Below, one piece after another: positions 43,414-55,876 of a stretch of DNA of 64,000 bases (within the stretch, counting starts at the first letter, position 1; every line of letters begins with the position of its first letter). Source of the DNA: Chrysomallon squamiferum (Eukaryota; Animalia; Mollusca); contig CM022670.1 in NCBI GenBank assembly GCA_012295275.1, forward strand, positions 13,392,001 to 13,456,000, in the 5' to 3' direction. The translations under genes were made by a program, and so were the position numbers. A model generated the notes under the pieces. The model saw nothing but the letters and a program-made list of their open reading frames with translations. It did not search any database and was not told where the DNA came from.

Positions 43414-44163
43414 ATGTCTGACAAAAACGATGAAATTATCGAGTTGAATGTTGGGGGAATGTTATACACGACAACGCTGAACACACTCCAGAAAAATAAA
43501 ACGTGTCTTTTGGCGAAAATGTTTTCAGAGTCATCGATAAAGACACTTCCTTGTGATGCAGATAGGAAATATTTTATTGACCGCGATGGAGCTTTGTTTC
43601 GCTATATTCTTGATTATCTTAGAAATACGACATTGATTTTGCCGGATAACTTCAATGAACTAGAACGTCTGAAACGGGAAGCGGAATATTTTGAGTTACC
43701 TGACATGGTTAAAAGTCTTAATAGGAAAAATAGTTTTATCAGCCAAGGCTCAAGTCTAAATACAAATGCTCCGGGCCCTGCAAAAGGACGGCCTTCCGGC
43801 GTCATTGTGATAGGGTACCGAGGAACCTTTTCTGCCGGCAGAGATGGACATGTTGACGTGAAGTTTCGCAAACTGGCTCGCATTATAGTGAGCGGCAAAG
43901 TATCTTTGTGTCGAGAAGTGTTTGAGGATACGCTCAACGAGAGCAGAGATCCAGATCATGGCGTGAGTGACAGATACACTGCCCGTTTCTTTCTGAAACA
44001 TGCTTTTGTTGAGCAGGCAATGGATATGTTGTTCGAAAAAGACTTTTACCTTGTAGGTTGCAGTAGTTCTGGAACAAACAGCTGCGGAGATGTCAAACCT
44101 GGACTGGACATAGAGGAATCGAAGTGGCAGCACTATAACGAATTTGTTTTCGCAAGAAAGTAA
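43414..44163 (+). CDS. KCTD16: BTB/POZ (T1) + H1 domain protein of the KCTD8/12/16 family (GABA-B receptor auxiliary subunit-like), intronless CDS
   Basis: T1 motifs IELNVGG, YFIDRDGALFRYILDYLR and EAEYFEL. H1 motifs IGYRGTF..GRDG..DVKFRKLARI, EVFEDTLNESRDPD, RYTARFFLKH and YNEFVF. No H2 domain. The symbol indicates the family only; orthology to a single vertebrate paralog is not resolvable. Confidence 0.93.
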   Translation: MSDKNDEIIELNVGGMLYTTTLNTLQKNKTCLLAKMFSESSIKTLPCDADRKYFIDRDGALFRYILDYLRNTTLILPDNFNELERLKREAEYFELPDMVKSLNRKNSFISQGSSLNTNAPGPAKGRPSGVIVIGYRGTFSAGRDGHVDVKFRKLARIIVSGKVSLCREVFEDTLNESRDPDHGVSDRYTARFFLKHAFVEQAMDMLFEKDFYLVGCSSSGTNSCGDVKPGLDIEESKWQHYNEFVFARK

Positions 44164-45507
44164 CATTAGAAAGTAAATAAGGATGTTAGATACGTTTGCA
44201 AGGTGATGTTGCTAAATGGTGTTACAAAATATTATTGCTAGGTGATGTATCTAAGTAATATTTATTATACAGCATTGTTGCTAAGTAGTATTACAAACAG
44301 ATGTTGCTAACTGAAAGTAACTGATGTTTTAAAGTAATATTCATTATAGAGATGCCCGATTTGTTATGTCTCGAGCAAAAGATTTTCTGTATAAGTTTCA
44401 AATTTATCATAAAATATTACAAGATGTTCATGGATGAGAAATCCATTGTAATTTGAGAAACTGAATCAAAAGGTGTTTCTAATTACCAGAAAATATAAAC
44501 CTGTATATAAATGGTAATAAGCCTACACATTTTTTCTTTTTATAAACAGAAATCTAAAGTTTATCATTAATGACACACACAAAAGCTCCTAAAATTTCAA
44601 ATTTAGAATCTAAAATTTTGAATAAAATGCGATCTTTGTTTTTAAGAAAATAGCCTATCCTTTTACAGTTTTGAACGTTATGAGAACGTTACTTATTTTA
44701 ATAAACCATATAAATGAGTAACAGACGAAATGAAACACATGCAAGTACATACATAAGTTAGAATTGGTGACTTGAAGTACTACAAAGATGGTCTAATTCC
44801 AGATTATTATTATTATTATTATTACTATTTGTTTTGGTCGACATGTCATTTCTGAGAATAACCGATAATAATTACAAAACAATTACAGGTACAAACATCT
44901 AATTGCTGCCATTTTATTCCTGAGAAGAAATGAGGAGGTGAAGTCATCGCCTATGTAACGTACCGATAGCTATTTTTTGTTTTTGTTTTTTTCCCTGACG
45001 TTTTGCAGAAATTGTCCATCTTGTACATGATCAAAAAAAGTATTTTCTCAAAAGTATTTCTTGAATTTTTAAAATATATTTCTTTATCCAGGGTAACTGA
45101 TCAAATCGTTATATGTAGATGCCTTTCTTTTACATGTTCTTTTTTTTTTTTATAAATTTATTGAAACACAAAGTTTTCACTGGATTTTGTTGAAAGGTTA
45201 AAATCTGAGTTTATTAATTTTTTAAGTATTATTTTTGCAGCATATTCTTTCGTTTTGTGTTTGTTTCCTCGAAGTGTATGTATGCGTGTTTGTTGTGAAC
45301 AAAAATATATATACACCTCAAGGAGGGTATCAAATGATATTCAGTTATTTGCATAATGAAAGTTAATATCATTATTGTAACAAAGATACAACAATATTAG
45401 AAAATGTACTTTGTTTTAATAAACATTTTTCCTTAACAAGTGTTTGGTACTATTCTGTCTATGTCTTTATTTAATAGTACTGTTCTTAATTTCAGTAAAT
45501 AAAATAT

Positions 45508-45579
45508 CTAGTAAGCTTAGCTTCGATCCACGGACCTCTGGGTTATGTGACCAGCACGTTTCCACTGCGCCACTCTCCC
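45508..45579 (-). pseudogene. Degenerate tRNA-iMet copy
   Basis: Reverse complement GGGAGAGTGGCGCAGTGGAAACGTGCTGGTCACATAACCCAGAGGTCCGTGGATCGAAGCTAAGCTT. The core is near-identical to 42198-42269, but the acceptor stem, T-stem 3' side and anticodon stem are disrupted. Confidence 0.85.
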
Positions 45580-45778
45580 AGTAATGTGCAGTTATGAATT
45601 ATGTGCCCTTATCTTTCTTTTTGTAATGGTATTTTGCTCAAAGCAAATAAAATTAATAATAAAAAAAGAAAGAAATAAATAAAAAAACCAAGTGGAAGAC
45701 TGAAAGATGTAACAGTTATATTTATATAAATTTAGTCATTTGGACAGTAAAAAACAACAACAAAAAATAAATAAATAA

Positions 45779-45811
<33 letters not shown>

Positions 45812-46054
45812 AACAACATTTTCATGTAATTCAGAACTATCCACGATTAAAAAAAAAACAGTTATTCATTGGTAATTTGAAAACACATCAAATATTCCGA
45901 TAATAATAAAGGAGGAATGAAATTATTATTATTTGTATTATTATTATTATTATTAGATATACTCTGAGATAATTTATTAAGATATAATGTATGTATATAT
46001 GTGTGTGTGAATATATATATTATTTGAATCACTGCTTTGACAAGATGACATTTT

Positions 46055-46696
46055 TTAAAAATGAGTATCTATATTATACGATATGCCTTTCTCGCTGTCA
46101 CATGTGATGTCAACATTTTCATACACAATTTCCTTCATATCCATCGCTGGGTTAATCACACCCGCATTTTCAGAGCTGCGACGCTTTGTCGGAGTTTGTG
46201 CATTTTCAATTTCCCTTTCTCCTTTCTGCTGGTTTCTATCGTATACAAAGCATATACTACTAGCAATAAGAAAAGTCAGACAAGCAGCAATGCCACCGGT
46301 TTTTGCTTTTGGATAATATTTGGCTGTCAGATCTCCAAAATAAGGACCAAATACATTTATTCCTTTTTTAACCACCCAGTCGTCACCGTTTCGTTTTGCA
46401 ATGCAGTAGTAAACACCAAAATCAGCGTCATCGACATCATCAACTTGTAAAATAGTTCCATTTTTGAGAAGTTTGACGTTAACAGGTCCCGATTTTGTAG
46501 CATCTGCTCGAAGCACTTGTCCTGAAGGTATTATCCAAATGACGTCAGTCAAGTAACTCTCTCCTTCCGTTTGATTATTTCGTTCGCTGCACGTCAGATT
46601 CACGGAAGAATGATATTCAACTTGAATAGCCCAGTCGTCAGAACTCTGGGTGGTCAGTGCCACCAGTGATATTAAAATTAAAGTTTTAATAGTCAT
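46055..46696 (-). CDS. Single-Ig-domain type-I membrane protein, paralog 1
   Basis: Signal peptide; Ig core (NLTC...WIIPSG...DFGVYYC); TM GGIAACLTFLIA; tail with IVYENV; C-terminal THF. Splice acceptor at about 46717. Confidence 0.88.
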   Translation of the reverse strand: MTIKTLILISLVALTTQSSDDWAIQVEYHSSVNLTCSERNNQTEGESYLTDVIWIIPSGQVLRADATKSGPVNVKLLKNGTILQVDDVDDADFGVYYCIAKRNGDDWVVKKGINVFGPYFGDLTAKYYPKAKTGGIAACLTFLIASSICFVYDRNQQKGEREIENAQTPTKRRSSENAGVINPAMDMKEIVYENVDITCDSEKGISYNIDTHF

Positions 46697-47724
46697 ATCT
46701 TAATTCTGTATATCTACTGAAAAAAAAAAATAATAATAATAATAATTAATGATTATATTTATATTGCGTTGTATATAATATTAATTTGTGTGTGTTGTAG
46801 GTATGTCAAGAAAAGAAAAAAAAAGAAATGAAATTATTCGTTTTTTTAATTCTTATTTATATCACTTGAATGAGCTAAGAAGAAAAAAAATTAGAATGGC
46901 TCCAAGATATTTATGAGAGCTCAATTATAAATAAATGCATAGGAAAAAGTGTTCAGATTTGCATTGACTCGCAATTAATCATAATTTTCCAAGAATGAAA
47001 AAAAAAGTAACAGAATAAAAATACAGTAAAAGAAAAAAGCTTGAGGTAACATTCCGAAAAATCTGTAAAAATGTAGGAAAACGCACGATCGCTCCTTTGC
47101 AAACATACACACAGAGCAACATTTAATGCCCTGAAGTGGAATAAACTAAACATAAAAATCAAATGCCAATACAAGTCAATAATAGTTTATTTACAATTTT
47201 TGCCGCCGAGTCATATGATTTTTTTTCTAGAAGGTGGAAAGCAGTTCTCGTTCAAAAGAATTTGATGATATTATGAAGTGACTGAAATGGTTTTATTCTG
47301 GAAAATTTAAAAACGGTCGAACAAACCATATTCTGAAACACGGGTAGACTCAAATGGCAGAAAGATGAGTTTGTATCTGCTATAGTTTTCCAATAAAAAA
47401 AAAAAATAATAATAATAATAATAAAAAAAAAGCCATGGTCTCGCAAAGCAACTGACATGAAATTTCTCATACATCAAGAAAAACATCCTAAGTCAAGTAC
47501 AATCAAGATTTCAAGTGAAAGTTTGACCATTTTCGTAAACAGTCTTTTAAAACACCTCTTTCCCGCACTTTTTTTTTTTTCTAGAAAATTCTACTCAGAT
47601 GGAAACAAAATTAGTTGGACAATGGTCAACAAAGTGCGAACTACATCTCGAAAGTGTTCCCATTATGGGTTTCTAAAATTTCAGTCAGTTAGTATAGCGC
47701 AACGATAGTAACCGGCGTGAAACG

Positions 47725-47760
<36 letters not shown>

Positions 47761-47893
47761 AAGAAGAAATTTTGTCACCGCGTCTGATGAAACTGGTCTA
47801 ACGTCAGAGCCTTATTATGGCATACAATTTGTACATGATCATTAACATTAAATGTTTTGTGTTGTTGTTTTCATTGATTTTATTATTATTATG

Positions 47894-47924
<31 letters not shown>

Positions 47925-50560
47925 TGCAGTTGTGTTATAATTTATTGTTTTTAATCTTAGGACAAGAATAAATATAAAAAGATTATTTAATCATCATAAG
48001 GAGAAGAAGAAGAAAAATATAAAGTTATTATAAAGACATGACAGAAAAGAAAAAATAATTTTGTTAAAAAGTTAAAGCATACACATAATAAAAAAATAAA
48101 TATAATATGCAATAGAATAGGTATAAAATATATCAAAAAAAATTATTATTATTCCAAAATGATCATGAAATGTCTGCAAGTTTATATCTTATAGTTACTA
48201 TTTAATTCATTAAAAAAAATTGTATATTAAATGCATCTCTAATAAAAATAGTAACTTACAAACAAAGCACATGTCCAAATTTTCTGTAAGTGTTCTCAGT
48301 TTATGTGTGTTACTTATACTGTAACAGTAAATGGATAATGACATCTAGACTTTCTTCATTTTAGCAGGCTCTATAGAAATTTAACTGTAAATAATTCAGT
48401 TTTTTAACTGTATATAAACATTAGTTACATATCCATTTGATATATTTATGTTATTGTAGATTATTTTAATATTCATTATTGGTTTTTTTTTTTTTTTTTT
48501 TGTTGTTGTTGTTTTTCTTAAATTTATTGTCTAAAGAAATAATGGATTTCATTGTAGTAATCAAAGGTAGTGTTATTAGTTACTACATCAGTGTTGCCAA
48601 GTGTGTTTCCTGGACATTTTTCTAGATCCAGACATTGCTCAGACACTTCCTATAGTGTCCTGTTATTTTGTTTTTCTTTATACATTTTCTTTTCTTTTTT
48701 GTTTTGGCCAAGGGGCAATTTAATGTTATTATTATTTACAGACATAGAATTTTTTAAATTTAATAAAAATAGTTTTTGAATTATTATTTTCGAAGCATAA
48801 GAATGTATTTAGCATTTGTCTAGAAATGTCTTTCTGTGGAAATATTTTTATACAAAATACTATCTTTAATAAATTTATATCATAATTAAAAATTTATTGC
48901 ATTAGAATATCCTGTTTACAGTAGACATCCTTTTGTCAGATATTCCATGTGAATTGGCTATGAAAATTTTGAATTACTTTATTATTATTTTTTTATTTTT
49001 TTTTATTTTATTAGTTATATCTATTTATTATTTTTTATATAATAATAATAATAACAATAACAATAATAATAATAATAATAATAATAATTATTATTATTAT
49101 TATTATTATTATTATCATTATTATTATAATTATTATTATTTTTTGGGGGGGATTATTCAGCACACCTGTGTCTACAATGAAAAAAAGGTTTGTCAACCAC
49201 TGATTAAAACTAACTGTCACCTTTTTGACCTCGCACAATGAGAAGACTGATCTGGTATTCAGATTTGCAAGGTGATTTGTATAAAATATGTAACAACATT
49301 TACACATTTACCATTCTTTTCATATACGTTTTTGTTTTGTAAAACAGATAGACTGACTCTTTGAGTTCTGAGTTAGAGGTCATCTGTAACTAATTGTCAT
49401 CCTTCTTTGACTGTCATGTTTGCTGTTGTTACTAACACATTAATGTGTTTACTTTGTAAGGTACACTGTAACATCAAAATAGACTTTCTTCAATCCTTTT
49501 GTATATTAAGTGTATATTAATATTATCATTGCTTGGATCGGGATCAGTAGAGCATTATGTTATGTACTACATTTCTCTTGTGCATTCTTTAAAAATATAT
49601 GTATGTACAGGAGTTATCTACCGGGAAATAAAAATCAGGTTTGTTTTTTTTATATAGATGCACACACATACACATACACATACAAAACACATTTCTTAGC
49701 AGTGTTGCCATGATTTTTTGCTTTTCTCATTTGTGTAATATTCTAACAACAACAATAGCAATAACAATTACAAAACGTATATATGTCCATAAGCTTTTTT
49801 CTTCTTTTTGATTTTTGTTATTGTTTTTCACATAAGGTTTAAGCATGTATATATACACACATAATACATACTTATATATATATATACATGCTTACATACA
49901 TACATTATATATATGTGTAGATAAATGTGTGTGTGTGTGTGTATATATATATACTTGTTAATAGTAAAAAATGTTTCACTAACTGAAGCTGTCTGTTAAG
50001 TAGAATACATTTAAACAAACACTCTAAGAGAAAATTTCAATTACTGAAGCAAAATCCATTTTAACATCAATTTTTACAGTAATGTATTATTTAGTAAGTC
50101 ACAGAAATGTTACAAATATACCAATCTGCCCATAAATTCATTTAAATGTATCAGTATTTCATAAACAGCTGAATAATCAGTCTATTTATATAAAAAATCT
50201 ACTTTTTTTCACTATGTGTGTTTTCTTATAGCATATACAAAGTATTTTCATACATTTCAAGCCACATTATTTTGAAATGTAAGTATACATTAATGTGTGA
50301 ATGCAAGAAAACATACAAAATGGATGCATTATATGAATCTTTAAATACAACATACATGAATATATGTCTGTTTATCAGCCTGTAAAATGCATATGTGTTA
50401 AAGTAATGAATATTTATTAGTTTCAAACATGATATGCTTTACTTATTTCATTTTAATATACCTTCAGGGGGATACATTTTTTTTTTTTTTTATTAAACTG
50501 GTGTTGTTAAAAGAAAATAAAAAAAAAGAAGAAGAAAGAGAAGAAAAATCTTTTCAAAAT

Positions 50561-51244
50561 TTAAAGCCTGGTGTTGAATTCATTTTGAATTTGAACTTTG
50601 ATCTCCTGAATTTCCATAGCAACACTGTCACTGTCATCATTGTACTGAACATTGTCACAACCAAGGGACACCTCACCAGCCAAGGAAAGCTCAAAATTAT
50701 CGTTTTTTTTATCACCATCATCAGCATCTTTATGATTGTAACACCAGCAAAAAGCTATCATCAGTATCATCACTACTGCTGCAGCAACACCACCAATTAT
50801 CAGGTTCATCCTGTACTTTGTTGCAAGGTCACCCCAGTAGGGTCCACTGATGTTGATTGTTTTTTGGATAATTCTGTACTGACCAGTTGCTAGATTGTAT
50901 GTTAGACAGGTGTATGTTCCAAAGTCTTTGTCATCCACTCTGCGAATTTGTAGTTGTCTCCCTTGCTCTGAAACAATTACTCGATTGTGACTGTCAGCTA
51001 ACTGCCCGTGCCTGATAAAATCTCCACTAGGGAGGATCCACATGTAAAGATTGGTGTCTGCAACAACTGGATTGTCAAATTTATGTTGATGATTCTGACA
51101 GGAGAGGTTGAAAGATAAGTCATACTGGACAATGAAATTGGTTTCCAAGGAGTTGTCTTCTGTCTCTGAAGCATTAATGTTGCCATAGCAACTGATATGA
51201 AATAATACGAAAGCCAGCACTGACATTACCCATTTCAAAATCAT
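50561..51244 (-). CDS. Single-Ig-domain type-I membrane protein, paralog 2
   Basis: Signal peptide; NLSC...WILPSG...DFGTYTC; GPYWGDLATKY; TM GGVAAAVV; C-terminal TRL. Acceptor at 51258. Confidence 0.88.
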   Translation of the reverse strand: MILKWVMSVLAFVLFHISCYGNINASETEDNSLETNFIVQYDLSFNLSCQNHQHKFDNPVVADTNLYMWILPSGDFIRHGQLADSHNRVIVSEQGRQLQIRRVDDKDFGTYTCLTYNLATGQYRIIQKTINISGPYWGDLATKYRMNLIIGGVAAAVVMILMIAFCWCYNHKDADDGDKKNDNFELSLAGEVSLGCDNVQYNDDSDSVAMEIQEIKVQIQNEFNTRL

Positions 51245-51382
51245 ATTTGTTTCTGATCTGAAAATGTAAATTTAAAAACATATATGTTAAGATGGTGGTT
51301 TTATAATATTATGGATACCAGTGATTATTTAACATTTGCCTTCATTTGGTTATGCACTATTTAATGTTTTTATATAGTTTAG

Positions 51383-52635
51383 GTATGATGCCTTAGTGTC
51401 CGATTTTTGCCATGGTAATGTGGTTTGAGCTAGGAGAACAAATATTTTCTAGGAAGAAAAATTTAAATTGGTACTGAGAACAAGATTTAAAGGAAGTTTC
51501 AAAATTACACATCAGTGAGTTATATTTTATTTTGAAACTTCAAAGAATAGACTTCTTTTTGTACATTAGTTGAATGGCAGAAGATGCATCACAGTAACAC
51601 ATAATAAAATTATATACTATAATGACATATTTATTAAATATGATAATAATGTGAAAATCATTAAAGGAAGCCCGTTTATGTAGGAAATCTGGAAATCTTT
51701 TATTAACTTTTATACTAAAAAAAAAAATTAAGTTCACTTCTTGTAGGCATTTATTGGCTCAAAGATAACAGTATTATTATGAATTTAAAGAGATACTCAT
51801 TCTTACCTTATAAACTAGATGATGGTTATAAAGGTAATGACAGAGATTTTGAAATGGCCATATAGTAAGCCACATGTACTGACCAACTGAATGCTTCTTT
51901 GTAGGTTATGTTTACGTAGTATCATATTAAAAAGGTTTAGTACTTTTTTTGTCAGGTGTGTCAGGTACCCTTTGGTTTTTTCTGTTTGCTTTTGAGAAGA
52001 AAAAAAAAACAAGTTTTACAAAGAAGTAAGGACATTCCAAGGTTAGGATCTTTATTATTTAAAAAGAAGGTCAGTTTCACATTAATATACTCATAGGATG
52101 ATCTTTAAAAAATATTATTAATGTTTTCATTATTTTTATGAACACTGTCTATTCTGTATCACATTTATTTAAACATATTCTAATTTTCTTCTAAATTGGC
52201 TTATTACAGCCAAGTGTGTGTTTATATATATCAATTTTTTTTTCTATCATAAATATGCACTTAAAACATTCTCTTAATGGTTTTTCAAAAAGTAGAAAAA
52301 AATGTTGTTGTGTCATAACATAGCAAGGATGTGGTGTGTATATGCTATGATTTGATGAAACTGGGAATATACTTTCATGTTGTTTTTTAAAATATTTTAT
52401 AAAAATTTGCTAAACATAAATTATGACAGTAACAGTCTATGAAGTACTGTGACCACTGCATGATTTCTTTATTGATGTGCATTCTTAGACATCATTGTTG
52501 CAGATGTATACAAGATCGACAGAACAAATGATTTATTCATTCATGATAAATATTAACAAGCAAGATTTTCTAAAACACTGAAAATTAAACATTTAATAAA
52601 TTTACTATAATTAATGATCTTAAACTGTTCATGTC

Positions 52636-52670
<35 letters not shown>

Positions 52671-55600
52671 TCACATACATATGAATGAATTTTCTCGTTA
52701 CATTTAACTTATATAACACTATAAGTAATTAGAATGCATGAACACACTGATAATTAGAAAACTGAAAGGGACATGTAGCTGACCTATTGGTACTTATTCA
52801 CGATCAGATTTTGCCTAGCCATATACACAGTTTAATTTAAAATGTAATAGAGATCTGTTAACATATTCTCAAATATGTGACACTGAACACCCAATATAAT
52901 TTAGTGCTGGTGTACTGTAAAACATTCATTCTTTTATTCATTAAAGGCTCAGGTGTTTTTTGCTTTTTTATAATACTTCAGATCAGTTTGTACCGATACC
53001 TCAGTAAGACAATAGCAAACTAAAACAAAAAAAAAGTAAATGCTGTTTTTTTTATTCATGACATAACCAGAAATAACAATTTTGTGATATATATATGTGT
53101 ATCTTGTTAAAATAATTATGTCATTGTTTTAATAAGAAGTGAAAAATAAAAGCTTTTTTTGCCTTTTTTTTCTGTATTAAAAGTAACTTCTGTTGTCATA
53201 ATGTCCTGTCACCTTTAATAACTTTAAAAATGGATAATATTTTTTTGTTGCAACATCTAAAACAATCAAACAAACACAATCATTCATTTTCACTCTAACA
53301 ACTTTGTGATAATGTAGAAAAGGCATTTTGTGTAATATAGTTTGGTATATTTGTAATGGAAATTTTCTTTTAGAATGTTTGTTTAAATGTATTCTACTTA
53401 TCAGACAATTTCAGTCAGTGAAACATTATTTACCACTAATGAGTTCATGAGAACAAAATATTTGAATGTCATAATATTTGTTTGAAATAAACCATTGCCA
53501 TTGTAAAAGTTGATGTAGCTGTTTATATTAACTTTTCAGCTTCTACTTCACAGCACTTTCCTTTATCATTAAAACTTGTAAAAATTGTATTTAAATCTAC
53601 TCTGTGTATTCATAGATTAATTTAAGGCTTAAGTTATTACACCTGTTTATTTGTTTCCTGCACATGTGTTTGATTACAATAAAGTTCAATTTGTACAGAT
53701 CAGGCTTTTTTGTGTTGTCTTTTTTCTTGATGCTTCTTCTGAACTTATACAGTGCTTATGAAAGTTTGATTGTCAGATATGGGATGACTAATAAGACTTA
53801 AAGCTTTTCTGATTCACTAATCCCAGATTCTGTATTGGGAGTTCCATCAACTGGAGTTACATTCTCAAAAGGGAGGTTTTCTTTCTCACCGACAGACACA
53901 TCAAAAACTGTATTTTCGTATGTTTCAATGTGCGATCCATGTTTCATTTCTATTGAGTTTCTTTGACCTTCGTGTTTTGATGAGTATCTGTAATTCCAAA
54001 TCAGACATCCAGCACCAAACACTGCAACCATGACCGCAGCTGCTATCCCACCAACTATGGCACTCCTACGGAACTGTTCATGCAGATCAGAGAAATCTGC
54101 ACCATCTATGTTCAGACCAAACTGAATGGAGAGTATTTCTGCTGGCTTCTTCATCAAAATGATGCAGTGGTAGTAACCAAATACGTCGTCATTGACGTTT
54201 GAAATGGTGATGTTGTAGCCATCAGGAGACACTCTGACTTTCCTTCTTGACTGATCTGCTTTGAGCAGGGTGTTGTCAGGAAGTATCCATGAAACAAAAT
54301 CAATCTGAGATCTCATTTCTGATGTTTTTACTGAGCTGTTGTCACAGTAGAAATACGTTGAGCTGTAATAGGGAACTTTTTTATCCAAACTTTCTGCATT
54401 TTGAGAACTGAGCACCAACAAATTTAGCAGTGTCATCAGACACAGGCAGAAATATGTCTTCATTCTTCTAAATTTAGAAATCTTCCAGGAAAACTTTCTC
54501 TATCTAATAAACAACAAAATAATTAATATTAATTTTAACTGAAAGTAAATAATCAAAAAAAAAATACAGACAATAAAAGCAAACAAAAAATAAAATCTTA
54601 TTCAATTTTCTTTCATTTGTATGTGTGTACCATTCTTCATGCAGTAATAAGGCATTCAAGTTACAATGTATAGACTAATACTATTAAAAATTAGTAATAA
54701 TAATAATAATACCAATATATAAAGTCTGTGAGATTAGTATATATAAAAAAGGTTTTTACTGTTAAATGGAAAACTTATGTTCTAGCATTAAAACATAAAC
54801 TTTTAAATGTTTACGCTAATTTTCAAGTGCTTGTTGAAAAAAAAATAAAGTTAACACAAATCAGTGATAAAGCCTGATATAAAATACTTCTTCTCTATTT
54901 GACATACAAAAACTGGATAAACAATGTATATCATTAACCTAGGTCAGGGCACTGTTCACACATATTTCTGGCAGACTTATAAACTCCATAAAGCAACTGC
55001 TAATTGTTTTTGTTTTAACTGATATCACCAGTTTGAGTGAGCTATCCCAGTGTGCAATGCACCACAGCCATTTAGCTTCTCTGTATGTTCCAAGTTTGTG
55101 AAATTTCTTTCACCATAGATGCATATAATGTTTATAAATAGTCAGTTACCTAAACTGCTGGTAATAAATTTTGTTATCTGCTGTTCAAAATGAAACTCTA
55201 ATTTTCACCTTTTATTTTAGAGAGGCAAATTGATGGATTTCCATTGAATGGTTTTGTAAAATGGAAGGTGTTACATTATAAGAAGTTTTGTCTTCACCTA
55301 TTTTTTTTAACCATACTGACGTGACATGCACAAAAACCAAGGCACTGGATTGATTACAAAACAGTTGTATGAATAAGATCTCTTTAAAGGGTATTTTGGG
55401 TGATATGAAGTATCTACACAGCTTTTAAATCTTTAGAAGATTTTGTTTTATTTTGAAAAGATTCAATCTTTCCTAATAATGAAGTACATTTTCACTAGTT
55501 TTATGAGATTAGTTCATATATAGAAATGTAAGATAAATAAATAAATAAATCATAGAGAGTTCTGTTTAACTAAATACTTTGCCTAATTTTCATAGATCAC

Positions 55601-55876
55601 ATTCAAATTAACCAATTCAAATGAGGACAGTGAAATGTTCGTTTCTTTAAGTTTTCTACTATTGCTGTGTATTGCCATTAACATCATAAAGTAAAACATA
55701 TAATAATATTTAGACAAAAGCTATAATACCAAGTAAACAGAGCTCCATTTTGTTGACAGATAAACCAAACAAATATGTGTACTGCTGGTAATGGGGACAT
55801 TTTCTTAACTCTTCAGCTATGTCTGCTCTCAGTGAAGCCAGTGTTAAATGATGGACACACATTATCTTGTTTCTAA
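51383..55876 (+). CDS. Hypothetical multi-micro-exon gene antisense to Ig paralogs 2-3 (partial, product unknown)
   Basis: AG/GT-bounded islands 51383-51414, 51819-51833, 52489-52505, 52982-53003, 55221-55267 and 55817-55876 join in frame: YDALVSDFCH-DDGYK-DIIVAD-ISLYRYL-KRQIDGFPLNGFVKWK-LCLLSVKPVLNDGHTLSCF*. No family recognised, and some donors are weak. Confidence 0.3.
52765..52935 (+). mobile_element. SINE remnant with (CATT)n-type tail
   Basis: Ends ...GTGCTGGTGTACTGTAAAACATTCATTC; a reverse-strand relative of this tail is at about 33770-33810. Confidence 0.3.
53798..54463 (-). CDS. Single-Ig-domain type-I membrane protein, paralog 3
   Basis: Signal peptide; FYC...WILPDN...VFGYYHC; TM GGIAAAVM; tail with YENTVF; C-terminal EKL. 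Acceptor at about 54504. Confidence 0.88.
   Translation of the reverse strand: MKTYFCLCLMTLLNLLVLSSQNAESLDKKVPYYSSTYFYCDNSSVKTSEMRSQIDFVSWILPDNTLLKADQSRRKVRVSPDGYNITISNVNDDVFGYYHCIILMKKPAEILSIQFGLNIDGADFSDLHEQFRRSAIVGGIAAAVMVAVFGAGCLIWNYRYSSKHEGQRNSIEMKHGSHIETYENTVFDVSVGEKENLPFENVTPVDGTPNTESGISESEKL

Noticed and set aside
48922-48980. F-box-like peptide LLSDIPCELAMKILNY
   Set aside because: Runs straight into low-complexity AT sequence with no donor after the motif; another frame fits the candidate micro-exon chain better. Probably chance.
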